DNA of 52,987 bases from a virus (lineage: Duplodnaviria; Caudoviricetes): positions 1 through 52,987 of IMG/VR virus record IMGVR_UViG_3300018080_000028. One strand, written 5' to 3'. The translations under genes were made by a program, and so were the position numbers. Positions 28,316 through 37,806 of this stretch are shown piece by piece. Positions within the stretch are counted from its first letter, which is position 1; every line of letters begins with the position of its first letter. The notes beneath the pieces are model-generated. The model ran no database searches, was not told the DNA's origin, and saw only the letters and a list, made by a program, of their open reading frames with translations.

Positions 28316-28820
28316 CTCGTAATTCCTCCAAAATCCAGTCTAACAGGTCGGAAGCTGAATCAAACTCTCTCACCAGCGCCCACGGGTACTGGTTGTCCGG
28401 GTCTTCCGGGTCAGCGTTGTCAGAATAGAGTGAGATTGAATTGGAAGTCAGGCGCAACTGGTAGTCCACGAACCGGGGCAATTGCGCAAGCTGTTGTTGT
28501 AATTGTACAACATTAACGTCGGTTTTCATTGCAGCCGAACGGTAGAGGGGTTGGTAGTTGCGGCGGGACTGGTCAAAACGCATGAGCGTGTATGACATTC
28601 CCATATTATCGAGAGCGTCCGTAGTTGCGATTGTGACCTCTGTTAATCCGGTGTAATACAGTTCAACGTCCACGTCAGGGTGTTCCAGCGCCCATTTTCT
28701 GGTCGCGTGGTAAGCCTCAGCGTAGGCTTTTTGTCCGTGGGATTGGATGTCTGACAGCAGGTATTCGTCAACTGGCATATCGTGGCGGGCGCTGATGGTT
28801 CCGAGTTTAATGGTAGGCAT
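28305..28820 (-). CDS. Hypothetical protein with Rossmann-like N-terminal domain
   Basis: GAGGAGG SD; ARHDMPV and VELYYTGLT motifs. Confidence 0.6.
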   Translation of the reverse strand: MPTIKLGTISARHDMPVDEYLLSDIQSHGQKAYAEAYHATRKWALEHPDVDVELYYTGLTEVTIATTDALDNMGMSYTLMRFDQSRRNYQPLYRSAAMKTDVNVVQLQQQLAQLPRFVDYQLRLTSNSISLYSDNADPEDPDNQYPWALVREFDSASDLLDWILEELRDVR

Positions 28821-29136
28821 TAAATTCCTCCTCTATGCTGTCCGGGCGTTCGCCCAGCAGGAACATCCGGCGCGGGTAGGGGCGTGTCTGCAGACTAAAG
28901 CGGATGCCCAGGATGGTGAATCTGCGTCTGAGCGAGTAGATTGAGGCGATTTGATACAGCGCCTGCCACACGTCCCACGTAACGATACGGCGCGTGTTTT
29001 TCCAGCTGGCATACTGGTAGACAACCGTGAAGATGGGATAGGTGAACGTCCCGTCTTCGTTGTCGGTATGGGTGAGGGGCGGTTCGTCATCCATTATGTT
29101 ATCGTCAACGAAACCGCCGGGTGTCAGTTTAAACAT
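28807..29136 (-). CDS. Hypothetical protein
   Basis: Start MFKL with GAGG SD. Confidence 0.55.
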   Translation of the reverse strand: MFKLTPGGFVDDNIMDDEPPLTHTDNEDGTFTYPIFTVVYQYASWKNTRRIVTWDVWQALYQIASIYSLRRRFTILGIRFSLQTRPYPRRMFLLGERPDSIEEEFNAYH

Positions 29137-29506
29137 CCTCATCCTCCACCATGTCCTCCAGTTCCAGTATCCACCATGTACAGCGGCGGCCACAATCGTG
29201 ACACTGCGGGTTGTGTTCGTGTCCGGCGGTGGTATTGGTTGCGTTACAGTAGGGGCATGTCCATTTCCGGTCGGGGAAATGATAGGGCAGGGTCATGGAA
29301 AACTTGTAGGGCGGCATATCGTTGCTCTCGTAGTTTTCAACTTCCCACCTGATCATGTCGTTTTCCGGTTGGGGGATGTCCTCCGGGTTTGAGAGCCAGA
29401 TTCGGAATTCATATCCGTTGCTGGATTCAAACTGGCAACCATGTGCGCCGTCCGTATGGGATGATATGTAATTAAATTCCTCCAGGGCGGAATCAAATTC
29501 ATTCAT
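29129..29506 (-). CDS. Acidic Zn-ribbon protein
   Basis: CPYC...CHDC. Confidence 0.6.
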   Translation of the reverse strand: MNEFDSALEEFNYISSHTDGAHGCQFESSNGYEFRIWLSNPEDIPQPENDMIRWEVENYESNDMPPYKFSMTLPYHFPDRKWTCPYCNATNTTAGHEHNPQCHDCGRRCTWWILELEDMVEDEDV

Positions 29507-30044
29507 AGGACGTATTCTCCCGGTAGGTCAGAAATTCATCCAGTGCTTCGATGAGCTGCTGGCCGAGATTTATTGGCGGTTCGGAGGTTTGGCATTCGGC
29601 CAGATATTTTTCGCGGTCGGCTTTTTGGGCCAACAATTCGTCGATTATGTCGGCGATGTCGGCCTGCAACTTGCTGATGGCTTTTTCGTTGGGGCGGTTA
29701 ACGGAAATATAAGCGTTCGGCGAATATATGCCGCTGTGGTCCCCCAACAGTTTGACGTAAACTGCTATGCGCCACACCGGATAATCTTCCGGGTCTTCCG
29801 ACCTGTAGTTCTGGTTGAGGTCCACTGATACTGAGGCTGTCAAACTCACCAGTCCGTCGGGCGAAATAAACTCGTTTTTATCGAGTTCTCCGTGTGGGAT
29901 GCCGAGCCAGTCCAGCACCTGTTCCAGTTGTTGTCCTTCGAGCCTGTCCTGTATGGCCTGCATTTTAGCCAGTTTCGCCGCTTCTTCAGCGGCTTTTTGT
30001 TGGGCGGCTTTTTGCGCTTTGCGTAATTCAGCCTGCCATGTCAT
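29499..30044 (-). CDS. Hypothetical protein
   Basis: AAAGGA SD; coiled-coil ends. Confidence 0.65.
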   Translation of the reverse strand: MTWQAELRKAQKAAQQKAAEEAAKLAKMQAIQDRLEGQQLEQVLDWLGIPHGELDKNEFISPDGLVSLTASVSVDLNQNYRSEDPEDYPVWRIAVYVKLLGDHSGIYSPNAYISVNRPNEKAISKLQADIADIIDELLAQKADREKYLAECQTSEPPINLGQQLIEALDEFLTYRENTSYE

Positions 30045-31143
30045 GGTATTGTCCTTTCACTCGTAATTTGACGGTAAATTTATCGGGGCGATCTTCAGCC
30101 CCGCGTATTAACAGGATATTCTGTTGCGGGGCAAAACGGAACTCCAGCAGCTCGGAAAACGTTTCCAGCAATGAGGGGTTGGTATAACGCGGTCGGGTGC
30201 CCCCCTGTTTTTTGGTGGCCGATTTCATCCGTTTCACAATGGCGAGTCCGTCCATGACGGTTTCGGTGATAGCGGGAATGGTGTGTTCTAGTTTATGCCA
30301 ACCGGCATAAGCCGAGTCGTCGGTCAGCACAAAAACGTCGTTTGACACCCAGTACCACACCCTCACTGGTTCGTCGGGCAAGAGAGCGGGTCCGGGTATT
30401 CCTGCGCCATTAACTTTGTTCAATTTGTATTTGGTCTCACGAGCCAGTTTCCAACCTGTATCCGGCAGTTCCGGGTGTTTGGGGTCAGTGGTGCGTTGCA
30501 CCAGTCTGTGGATGTCGATTTCGGCGCAGGTGCAACCGGTTTGTACCGTTAGCGGTTTACAACTGGCGGGTGTGGCTCCCACGATGTCCAGTCGGTTGTT
30601 TTGCCGGTCAAATTTCAGGACAGCGCGGTCGGCACTTTTCATTCCCTTTCGCGCTTTTTTGATGGCGTTTATCAGGTCCAGTCTTCGGACTCTGGCAACC
30701 AGCGGGGCATTGTCCACGCTCTGTTGTTGTGCTCGTTGTTCGGCTTCGGTTTCGCGTCTGCGGCGCAATTTATCAAGGTCGTTTGTGACCTTCTGGCGCT
30801 GTTTGGCAAAAAATTCCAACCAGAAAGCATCTCCTTCACCGTTGGTGCCGGGTTTCGCGCCGATGGCGATGAATAAATCAGAGCTGTATGTGTGCCTCCA
30901 TGTCCACGTCATACCGGCGGACACCAGCAATTTTTGGAATATGCGCGACTCCATCGGTTGTGGTTGATATCCCGGTTTGATGCGCTCCAGCATTTGTTGG
31001 TATTCTTCCTGCTGGTATTGTTGGGTGAGGTCACCTAACAAACGGTCGTATTCGCAGGCGCGCCATGTTCGTTCGCCGTCTCTGGGCAGGACTCTGCGCC
31101 AGTAGGCGGGTTCGGGTTTGTTGAATGTTGGTTTAGGGAACAT
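30028..31143 (-). CDS. Hypothetical protein
   Basis: Start MFPKP with GGAGG SD; 371 aa. Confidence 0.7.
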   Translation of the reverse strand: MFPKPTFNKPEPAYWRRVLPRDGERTWRACEYDRLLGDLTQQYQQEEYQQMLERIKPGYQPQPMESRIFQKLLVSAGMTWTWRHTYSSDLFIAIGAKPGTNGEGDAFWLEFFAKQRQKVTNDLDKLRRRRETEAEQRAQQQSVDNAPLVARVRRLDLINAIKKARKGMKSADRAVLKFDRQNNRLDIVGATPASCKPLTVQTGCTCAEIDIHRLVQRTTDPKHPELPDTGWKLARETKYKLNKVNGAGIPGPALLPDEPVRVWYWVSNDVFVLTDDSAYAGWHKLEHTIPAITETVMDGLAIVKRMKSATKKQGGTRPRYTNPSLLETFSELLEFRFAPQQNILLIRGAEDRPDKFTVKLRVKGQYHDMAG

Positions 31144-31150
31144 GGTATTA

Positions 31151-31987
31151 TTACCTCCTGAGCAACAGTTGCAGAACGTCGGACATACATGATTGTTCGG
31201 TGTCACGTTTGAACACGGAACCGCAATCGCTTTCGATTCCCCATACGGACGATTCATCGATAATCCGGTGGTCGATTGTCAGAACGGCTATACAAACTAG
31301 GTGAAAAAGTCTGTCGTTCTTGAAATTCATGAGTCGTTTCATGTCCTGGCGTGCAATTGAACGGGCATACCGGCAAGCATTGGCCCAGGGCTGGTGTTTT
31401 TGTGAGAGTTTTTTATGCTTACTGGCGGGCATATCGTCAGTGATTCCGGCTTTGACGCACAACAGTTTGTAGTGGTAGTCACGGATGCTTTTGAAACTAT
31501 TGCATTCGTTATAGTACCAGTGGTCGTTGTATCGCGGTGTTGGCGGCACACGGATAGCTCCTACAATATCCGGTTTGCCTTTGACGATTTCGCCCAGGTA
31601 GTATGTGTCCGGGGAGGGGTCGATTTCCCAGCGGGTTCGGATTTTAACACCTGGTAGAGCCGCCAATAATTCAGGCGGCATTGGTATATCCGGTTCGGTG
31701 GGATTTTTGGCGGTTGTTGCAAATAAAAATCCGAGCAAACGAGTGCCCAGTGGATTCCAGTCCACAAAGGCGATGGGGGCTGCGCGTTCCGGGTGACGTA
31801 TCAGTGTATCGCGCACAGCGTAAAGACGATTCAGCAGGTGTCTGGCATATCCTGGTTCAGACAACACCAGAAATGAGTCTGCCGATTCAATGATTTCACG
31901 GGCGCGAAAAATTACGCGCGCCAGTGATCCGGTGTGCATCGGAAAACGTTGTCCTGTTAATGTTCGCAGGTAAAGTATACAGTCCAT
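31151..31987 (-). CDS. Hypothetical early protein
   Basis: AAGGAG SD; C-terminal SVWGIESD motif. Confidence 0.7.
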   Translation of the reverse strand: MDCILYLRTLTGQRFPMHTGSLARVIFRAREIIESADSFLVLSEPGYARHLLNRLYAVRDTLIRHPERAAPIAFVDWNPLGTRLLGFLFATTAKNPTEPDIPMPPELLAALPGVKIRTRWEIDPSPDTYYLGEIVKGKPDIVGAIRVPPTPRYNDHWYYNECNSFKSIRDYHYKLLCVKAGITDDMPASKHKKLSQKHQPWANACRYARSIARQDMKRLMNFKNDRLFHLVCIAVLTIDHRIIDESSVWGIESDCGSVFKRDTEQSCMSDVLQLLLRR

Positions 31988-31990
31988 AAT

Positions 31991-32164
31991 TCAACTCCTT
32001 TTGGGCAATTGCCCGGTATGGTGCAGATAGTCGAGTGTCCGCCCTTTCACCCAAAAAACCCAGGTCAACCGGACTTTTGGGTTCGGGTGGGCAATGGATA
32101 TGGCAAAACGGTTGGTAATCACAATTCCATGCCATTGATCGGGTTCGCTCCAGTTAGACAACAT
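31991..32164 (-). CDS. Hypothetical protein
   Basis: GGAG SD; fills the operon gap. Confidence 0.5.
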   Translation of the reverse strand: MLSNWSEPDQWHGIVITNRFAISIAHPNPKVRLTWVFWVKGRTLDYLHHTGQLPKRS

Positions 32165-33008
32165 GTGATTTCTCCAGCCTGGTTGTGACAAAACGGTGTT
32201 GGTGGCGGCGGTAGATTTTCAGGTTGGTATATCCGATGTCCACCAGTTCGGCAAGCAGTTTGCCGTAGCGGTAAGCGGGTGCGGGTTCTGTCAGTTTCAG
32301 GCAATGGTGATAATCGGCTGCGCCGTGTTGTCCGACGTGTTCATAGGACATACACTGGCCCGGATGTACAACGCTGGCGGGTTCAGTCGGGAAAAACGCG
32401 ATGATTTTGTTTCCGGTTTTCCATTGGCGAAAGATGACCGGCGTTTCCGGTTCATCTGATTTGAGATAACCCAGCACCATCATGGCGGCGCGAATTTCAT
32501 CGTGGGACATATAATCGGGTGACGTTTCGTAGTTCAGTTCGCCCATTTCGTACAGGACGTGGTAGCTCCAGTTGGGGGGCGGGTTGTCGATAACCTCGTG
32601 ACCGTATCCTGTCCTGATGTCGTTGGCGGCGATTTCCTGTTCAGTGTTTGAGTAGTGTTCCTCGTCCGCAATCGGGTAATCATCGAGTCGCTGATACCAT
32701 TCGACCATTCGGAGTCCTGCGCTGGTAAGCTGCCCGTCTTCGGTCAACAACCGGACTCCGAGCGCTTTCAGGTGCCCAAACATTGTGAGGGCTTCCAGTA
32801 TTTCCCAGTCGGCGGCTGGTTCGTGTATCTTCAGGTCGCCGGAAATGACAGCAAAATTACTGAGAGCAAGTGCCCCTGCTCCGTGTCCGCACAGTTGCAC
32901 GACTGCCCATGTTTTGCCGTATTTTTCGCCGCCGTCAAATTTAGCGACATATCCGCCGTAGGTGTTCGCCAGCATTTCTTGAGCGATTTTCATTTCATCT
33001 TGAAGCAT
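32154..33008 (-). CDS. Two-domain hypothetical early protein
   Basis: GGAGGAG SD; LDDYPIADEEHYS domain plus C-terminal SYEHVGQH domain. Confidence 0.7.
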   Translation of the reverse strand: MLQDEMKIAQEMLANTYGGYVAKFDGGEKYGKTWAVVQLCGHGAGALALSNFAVISGDLKIHEPAADWEILEALTMFGHLKALGVRLLTEDGQLTSAGLRMVEWYQRLDDYPIADEEHYSNTEQEIAANDIRTGYGHEVIDNPPPNWSYHVLYEMGELNYETSPDYMSHDEIRAAMMVLGYLKSDEPETPVIFRQWKTGNKIIAFFPTEPASVVHPGQCMSYEHVGQHGAADYHHCLKLTEPAPAYRYGKLLAELVDIGYTNLKIYRRHQHRFVTTRLEKSHVV

Positions 33009-33089
33009 GTTTTTTTTCTCCTCCAGATAGTAACAGGGGCGGGTAACCCAGTCCCGGCCCGGTGCCGGGACTGGTTATGTTTGGCGGGA

Positions 33090-33677
33090 TTATTTAAGCA
33101 TATCCTGCACCGCTGCCATTAGGCGCAAGGCCCATCCGGGTTTATCGCCAGTGGTTGCGTGTGTGGTGCGAAACAGGACTCCGTCGGTCAACCGGATGAG
33201 GGTGTAATAGCGGGTGTTGTATTTCCGGCTGCCAGCACACGTCATGACCAGATACACAGCGTCCCGGTCGGTGGTTCTGACAGTGCCGTCTGAAACGAAT
33301 TCGCCCTCATACATGTAGCCGTCGTCATGTTCGGGGTTTACCCGGTCGATTCGTTTTACCCATGACGTAAATCGGCTGTCAACCGGACTGCCCGCAACCC
33401 TGATGAGTTTTGGCAGCAGGTCGTCAATCGGATATTCCACGGCAATCCCGGCTGCGATTTCCGCTTCCCGCCGGTCGTGGTTTATCGCCCTTTGAGCGCG
33501 AGCCTTGGCATCCGCCAGTTGGGGATACCACGTGTCCATGGGTTCCCCGTCGCGGTAGGGTGTCCACGTCTCTTTGCGATACGGTTTTTCCGAGATGACG
33601 TGTTCAATGTAGTACCGGTTGTCCGGCTTATACACGAGCCGACCAGCCTTTTCTTCTGTCCATTTATCTTGGTTCAT
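33090..33677 (-). CDS. Hypothetical early protein
   Basis: GGAGG SD; WVKRIDRV...DGYMYEGEF motif. Confidence 0.7.
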   Translation of the reverse strand: MNQDKWTEEKAGRLVYKPDNRYYIEHVISEKPYRKETWTPYRDGEPMDTWYPQLADAKARAQRAINHDRREAEIAAGIAVEYPIDDLLPKLIRVAGSPVDSRFTSWVKRIDRVNPEHDDGYMYEGEFVSDGTVRTTDRDAVYLVMTCAGSRKYNTRYYTLIRLTDGVLFRTTHATTGDKPGWALRLMAAVQDMLK

Positions 33678-33713
33678 TATTCCCTCCGTTCTAAAGGGCG
33701 GTTATTCGCCCGA

Positions 33714-33745
33714 TTTGACTCCCAAACCCGGCATTGTGCCGGGCT
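33714..33745. repeat. 32-bp intergenic repeat, copy 1
   Basis: TTTGACTCCCAAACCCGGCATTGTGCCGGGCT, identical at 34672-34703. Confidence 0.95.
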
Positions 33746-33774
33746 GGGAGCTACTGTTTTATGTCGAGATGGGA

Positions 33775-34368
33775 TTAGCAGTGAAATGATGCGAGTCCTA
33801 TGGCGGCGTTGGCATCGTGTATCCTGTCAAGGGGTTCAAGGTATGAATCCCAACAGATATAGGGCCATGTCAGCAGGGGAAAATCTATATCTGTGCTGAA
33901 CGGGAAAAATGAACCGGACTCGGCGGCGGCCTGAAAATCGTTCAGAGTCCATTTGAGGGTATTCAGATTAAGAAAGGGGGTTTCCGTGTCAGTTTGCAGG
34001 GCGTTGATTGCGGATTGTAGTAGGGCGGTCATGGTGGGGATGTACTGACGCGAAAAATGTGCGGTTGCCTGGCTGGTGTCGGCTGGCGGCTCGATGGCGA
34101 GTCGTCGGAATGCGTTGTTAATGGACATGTCCACAAGCGCGGTGTAGGGGTCTTTGCTGGTGCGGATGGACTCCGGTAGGGGGTTGTTTTTGTCTCCGTC
34201 GGTCATGAGTCCTGATTTACTGAGCGCTCCAGCGTGGTGATACCAACTGTCGCCGGGCATTCCGTGTAAGTCAGCATAATCATCAAACACCCCTTCAGCG
34301 TCGTCTTTCAGTTCGGCGGGTGATTGTGCGTTATGCGAAAATAAAAAAGCGAGCGTGACATATCCCAT
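33775..34368 (-). CDS. Hypothetical early protein
   Basis: GGAGG SD; 197 aa. Confidence 0.65.
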   Translation of the reverse strand: MGYVTLAFLFSHNAQSPAELKDDAEGVFDDYADLHGMPGDSWYHHAGALSKSGLMTDGDKNNPLPESIRTSKDPYTALVDMSINNAFRRLAIEPPADTSQATAHFSRQYIPTMTALLQSAINALQTDTETPFLNLNTLKWTLNDFQAAAESGSFFPFSTDIDFPLLTWPYICWDSYLEPLDRIHDANAAIGLASFHC

Positions 34369-34372
34369 GCGG

Positions 34373-34618
34373 TTAGCCTCCGATATCTAGAATAGTGTGG
34401 ATGACAAAGGCGACGACTCCGGCGGTGGTTGGTTGCCCGCGGTGCTGGACTCTGGCGTACAATGAGACGGTGGCGAGTCGGTCGTCAAGCTCTTGCTGCC
34501 AGTGGAGTCCGCCCGATACGGGCAAAGTGTCTTGGGGTTCGTAGGCTTTGCTTACGATGTGCGCCCAGTCCGAGTCATGTTCTGTTATACTGTCCAGATG
34601 TTTTTGTAGTTTGGTCAT
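34373..34618 (-). CDS. Hypothetical early protein
   Basis: Start MTKL with AGGAAAGG SD. Confidence 0.6.
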   Translation of the reverse strand: MTKLQKHLDSITEHDSDWAHIVSKAYEPQDTLPVSGGLHWQQELDDRLATVSLYARVQHRGQPTTAGVVAFVIHTILDIGG

Positions 34619-34671
34619 GAACCTTTCCTTCTGTGCCAATTGGCACTATATTCGGCGTGGTAGCCGGTCGT

Positions 34672-34703
34672 TTTGACTCCCAAACCCGGCATTGTGCCGG
34701 GCT
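34672..34703. repeat. 32-bp intergenic repeat, copy 2
   Basis: Identical to 33714-33745. Confidence 0.95.
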
Positions 34704-34729
34704 AGGTGATGCTTCGTTATGGCTGGCGG

Positions 34730-35353
34730 TTAGTTGGGATTGGCTGCGGGTTTTGTCGGCATGTCGGCAATCAGTTTATCTACAATCTGGACACAGGCCA
34801 AAGCATGCGCCAGTGAGACTCCGCCGGGCAGCACAACGTCCGGCAATGTTGCGGATTTTTCCAGTTCGGCGAGTATATCGGGGATGTCCTCATTCAGCAG
34901 TTTTTTCCCGCGTTGCTGGTCGTTCGGGTCTGGAGATGCGGTCAATTGGACTCCCTTGATAGTGCATAATATCGCCCCGATATTGGCAAGTTGGCGCATT
35001 TTGTGGTTGTGGGGGTTTATATGGACGGTCGCTCCGCTTGCCGCCGGGGGTAATTCAACCGAAAACACCGAGCGGCGGGTATCGGTGCCCTGGCGCAATG
35101 TTTCGCAATTGGGGCAAATTGTGACGGATTCGTCTGTATAACGCTCTCCGCATATCCGGCATGATTTGCGTTTTGATTTCCCGTTGTACTGGCGTTCTCC
35201 CAGTACATCCGCCTGGACATAGATAGAGACATTCGAAGCCTGCCCGTTGTCGGTATTGAGGCGGGCATAAGCGGAGTCGTTTTTCCCTCTGCCGCCAATC
35301 CTGAGACTCCTGTGCTCGTTTCCTGCGGTCAAAAAAACGTTGACTCGTGTCAT
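34730..35353 (-). CDS. Early protein with Zn ribbon
   Basis: AGGAG SD; CRIC...CPNC. Confidence 0.7.
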   Translation of the reverse strand: MTRVNVFLTAGNEHRSLRIGGRGKNDSAYARLNTDNGQASNVSIYVQADVLGERQYNGKSKRKSCRICGERYTDESVTICPNCETLRQGTDTRRSVFSVELPPAASGATVHINPHNHKMRQLANIGAILCTIKGVQLTASPDPNDQQRGKKLLNEDIPDILAELEKSATLPDVVLPGGVSLAHALACVQIVDKLIADMPTKPAANPN

Positions 35354-35371
35354 GACTATTATCTCCTGTGA

Positions 35372-35629
35372 CTAGTGCAAATATACGATTTGTGATTCCA
35401 CGTCTTCGCGGCTTTTGGTCATGTAAACGTCAGCGGGGTTCTGCGTGTCTTTGAGTGTGTAATGATGCTGGCGTTCTGTTCCAATGATGGTTATCTCTAG
35501 ATACCAGTCTGATACTTTGACAGTTTCCCGCTGCCATGTTACGCGGCGATTCTCCCACAATATTTGGTAGGATACTGTCCTGTCCATTTCGTTTAGCACG
35601 TGTAGGATGTGCTGGTTTGTGTTTATCAT
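35372..35629 (-). CDS. Hypothetical early protein
   Basis: Start MINT with GGAAGG SD. Confidence 0.6.
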   Translation of the reverse strand: MINTNQHILHVLNEMDRTVSYQILWENRRVTWQRETVKVSDWYLEITIIGTERQHHYTLKDTQNPADVYMTKSREDVESQIVYLH

Positions 35630-35648
35630 GTGTTTTCCTTCCTGGTTA

Positions 35649-36119
35649 CTACGCCAATGAAACCGTGAGCGCGTCATTATTACCGGCGACAATATAGCAG
35701 ATTGCCCCGTGTTGCAATTCCCGGCGGGTTATGGTGTGCAACGGGCTCACTACTGTGTAGGGCTCGTCGTCAAAATACCAATTGCGCCAGTCTCTCAATT
35801 GTTCCCGCATCTCGGAAATAGTTTCGCAATGGTAAATTTCGTTGGGCATATAGAGTCCACGTTGGCCTATTTGCACAACGATTCGCCGCTGAGTTCGTTT
35901 ACGCGGGTAAACCTGGTGGTATGGTGTGGTTGCGAGATATGGCGCGTTATAATCGGTGACCCATGTTTCGGTGATTTCGGCATTGCCGACAAGCCGAAAA
36001 GCGCCCGTTATGTCGCCGTCTGTGTAATACTCGTTGGCGATTTGCTCTAATTCGCCGATATCGGTCGTGTAGTGGTATTTCGAGGTAAATTCGCTGGCCG
36101 TACGTGTTTTTGTGTTCAT
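35649..36119 (-). CDS. Hypothetical early protein
   Basis: Start MNTK with AGGAG SD. Confidence 0.6.
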   Translation of the reverse strand: MNTKTRTASEFTSKYHYTTDIGELEQIANEYYTDGDITGAFRLVGNAEITETWVTDYNAPYLATTPYHQVYPRKRTQRRIVVQIGQRGLYMPNEIYHCETISEMREQLRDWRNWYFDDEPYTVVSPLHTITRRELQHGAICYIVAGNNDALTVSLA

Positions 36120-36717
36120 TTCTGATTTGACTCCTGTATTCAATCGGTCGTTTTTTACCTGCGTCTGATTTCTCGTTTTCTGCCCGTAGCGCGTCATAAT
36201 CCCGGCGGCAATCGTCAAGCCGGGCCTGCAGTGTTTGTATAGTCTCGCGTGTTTGCTGGTTTAGTTCAGCGCTCCGGCGATTCAGTCGTTTTCGGTAGTC
36301 GTTTAGCTTGGCGTATAATCTCGCGTTTTCTGCTTTCAATTCGTGCATCTCGTTGTCATTCATGGTCGATTCCGTGGATTGTGTAGGCGCGTTTGTGGGT
36401 GTGCTCGCGTGTGTATGTGCGCGCGCGGTATTTTTAATAGTCTCGGTTGACCCGTCAAAACTGGTGGACATCTGTTCTGATTCGGCCTGTTCTGTTGTGG
36501 GTGATTTTGGCCTGGTGCGTATGCGCCTAATTACCCATTGCCCGTAGCGGTATGATTTGTCGGCTTGTATGGTTAGTAGGATAGAGTCAATGTCGGTATT
36601 CGGCAATTGGCGCATGTGCTGTAATTCGGCTATACGCCTACGCAACCACGCTACAGACGTATAGCGGTATAGCTCATAATTGCTATGTGACACTGTATAG
36701 GTGTAGCGTGTCTTCAT
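35947..36717 (-). CDS. First early gene, coiled-coil protein
   Basis: Start MKTR downstream of the early promoter; Thr/Ser linker and coiled coil; its tail overlaps the next gene by about 170 nt. Confidence 0.6.
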   Translation of the reverse strand: MKTRYTYTVSHSNYELYRYTSVAWLRRRIAELQHMRQLPNTDIDSILLTIQADKSYRYGQWVIRRIRTRPKSPTTEQAESEQMSTSFDGSTETIKNTARAHTHASTPTNAPTQSTESTMNDNEMHELKAENARLYAKLNDYRKRLNRRSAELNQQTRETIQTLQARLDDCRRDYDALRAENEKSDAGKKRPIEYRSQIRNEHKNTYGQRIYLEIPLHDRYRRIRANRQRVLHRRRHNGRFSACRQCRNHRNMGHRL

Positions 36718-36799
36718 CACGGATTTTTCCAGTAAAATCGGGTTGTGGTGTGGAGTTTTTGATGCTGCGAGCAGACCGATTTTATTATGTTTTGATGAT

Positions 36800-36828
36800 A
36801 GCTTAGCACGTATTTTGCATTTTTGCAA
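36800..36828 (-). promoter_or_regulatory. Early leftward promoter
   Basis: TTGCAA-17-TAAGCT with extended -10 TG. Confidence 0.65.
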
Positions 36829-36829
36829 T

Positions 36830-37510
36830 AGGTTATTCTGATATTTACGTTTAACAATTCTATCTCAACTATTGACAATTCTATTTTTATTTTCAACATT
36901 ACGGCGGAGATTACAACGACAAACGCAAACAATAGCACGTAAGAACAAGTGCACAATCTAAATGGTATCTAATCAAACGCACAACACGCACAGTGAGATG
37001 TAAACAGCGCAACGGATACAAACACACATGCAATCTAGATAAACAGCGTAAAAGGTACGTTAAATGATGTAATGGGTATGGCTAATAGTAGGGGTATTAT
37101 AACAAACAGGATTACAATAACACATAACATAACAATAAGCATTACAAACACAATCATATAACAACAGATATAACGCTATAACAAGGGACGTTACAATACA
37201 CAATATAAGACAAAGCGCAACACTGTAACACTGAAGATAATTGTTTATGTTGCAAGTTATGTTGTGTGTAATGTGTGGTGTGTATGTGTAGCGCTATTAC
37301 GTGAGTATAAGGTTCAAACGCTGAGGCCAGTTCCGGTGGGAGAGTCTTTTGTTCGACAGGTACTTTTCAAAAACATTTTAACGGCAAATTGTGGTATAAT
37401 CTATCTATTGCAGAGGGTTTCACCCCAAATGGTAACGGCGTAGGTATACAAAACAGGACAAACAATAATTAGAAACCCTCTGCATTTTACAACAGGGGAG
37501 GGGGATAATC
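36830..37510. other. Non-coding, strand-skewed region between divergent arms (candidate genome end/packaging or resolution region)
   Basis: No credible ORF; A/C-rich up to about 37240 and T/G-rich after; lies upstream of the terminase operon. Confidence 0.6.
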
Positions 37511-37512
37511 CA

Positions 37513-37806
37513 ATGCCAAGACTATCACCGGTACAACGAAACCAGATGGTAAGCACAGTCAAAGACCTGTTACGCTCCAATGGTTTAACAGATCGGGCAT
37601 CGATGTACATTTTTTCAAGGTTATTCCAGAGACGGGTGCCAAGTGCTCAACATCTTACTTACCAGGACTGGTTGATGTTTCGGGAGACTGTATATCCTGA
37701 TTGGCAGAGCGGGTCATGGGATGTAAGTGAGCGGTTTAAGTTAGCGGTGATGGAATTGTGTTATCATTTTCGTGAGGAGATACTGGGACAGAAGAGGCTG
37801 TTATGA
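37513..37806 (+). CDS. Hypothetical protein
   Basis: GGAGG SD; TGGTATAAT extended -10 at 37392-37400. Confidence 0.65.
   Translation: MPRLSPVQRNQMVSTVKDLLRSNGLTDRASMYIFSRLFQRRVPSAQHLTYQDWLMFRETVYPDWQSGSWDVSERFKLAVMELCYHFREEILGQKRLL

Noticed and set aside
30028-31143. Sliding-clamp homologue
   Set aside because: Only a vague resemblance in one segment; not supportable by eye.
33714-34703. CRISPR array or mini-array
   Set aside because: Only two copies, 958 bp apart, with genes between them; no spacer periodicity.
37231-37254. N15-type telomere resolution site
   Set aside because: No long perfect palindrome, and the recombinase is Xer/Cre-like rather than a protelomerase.
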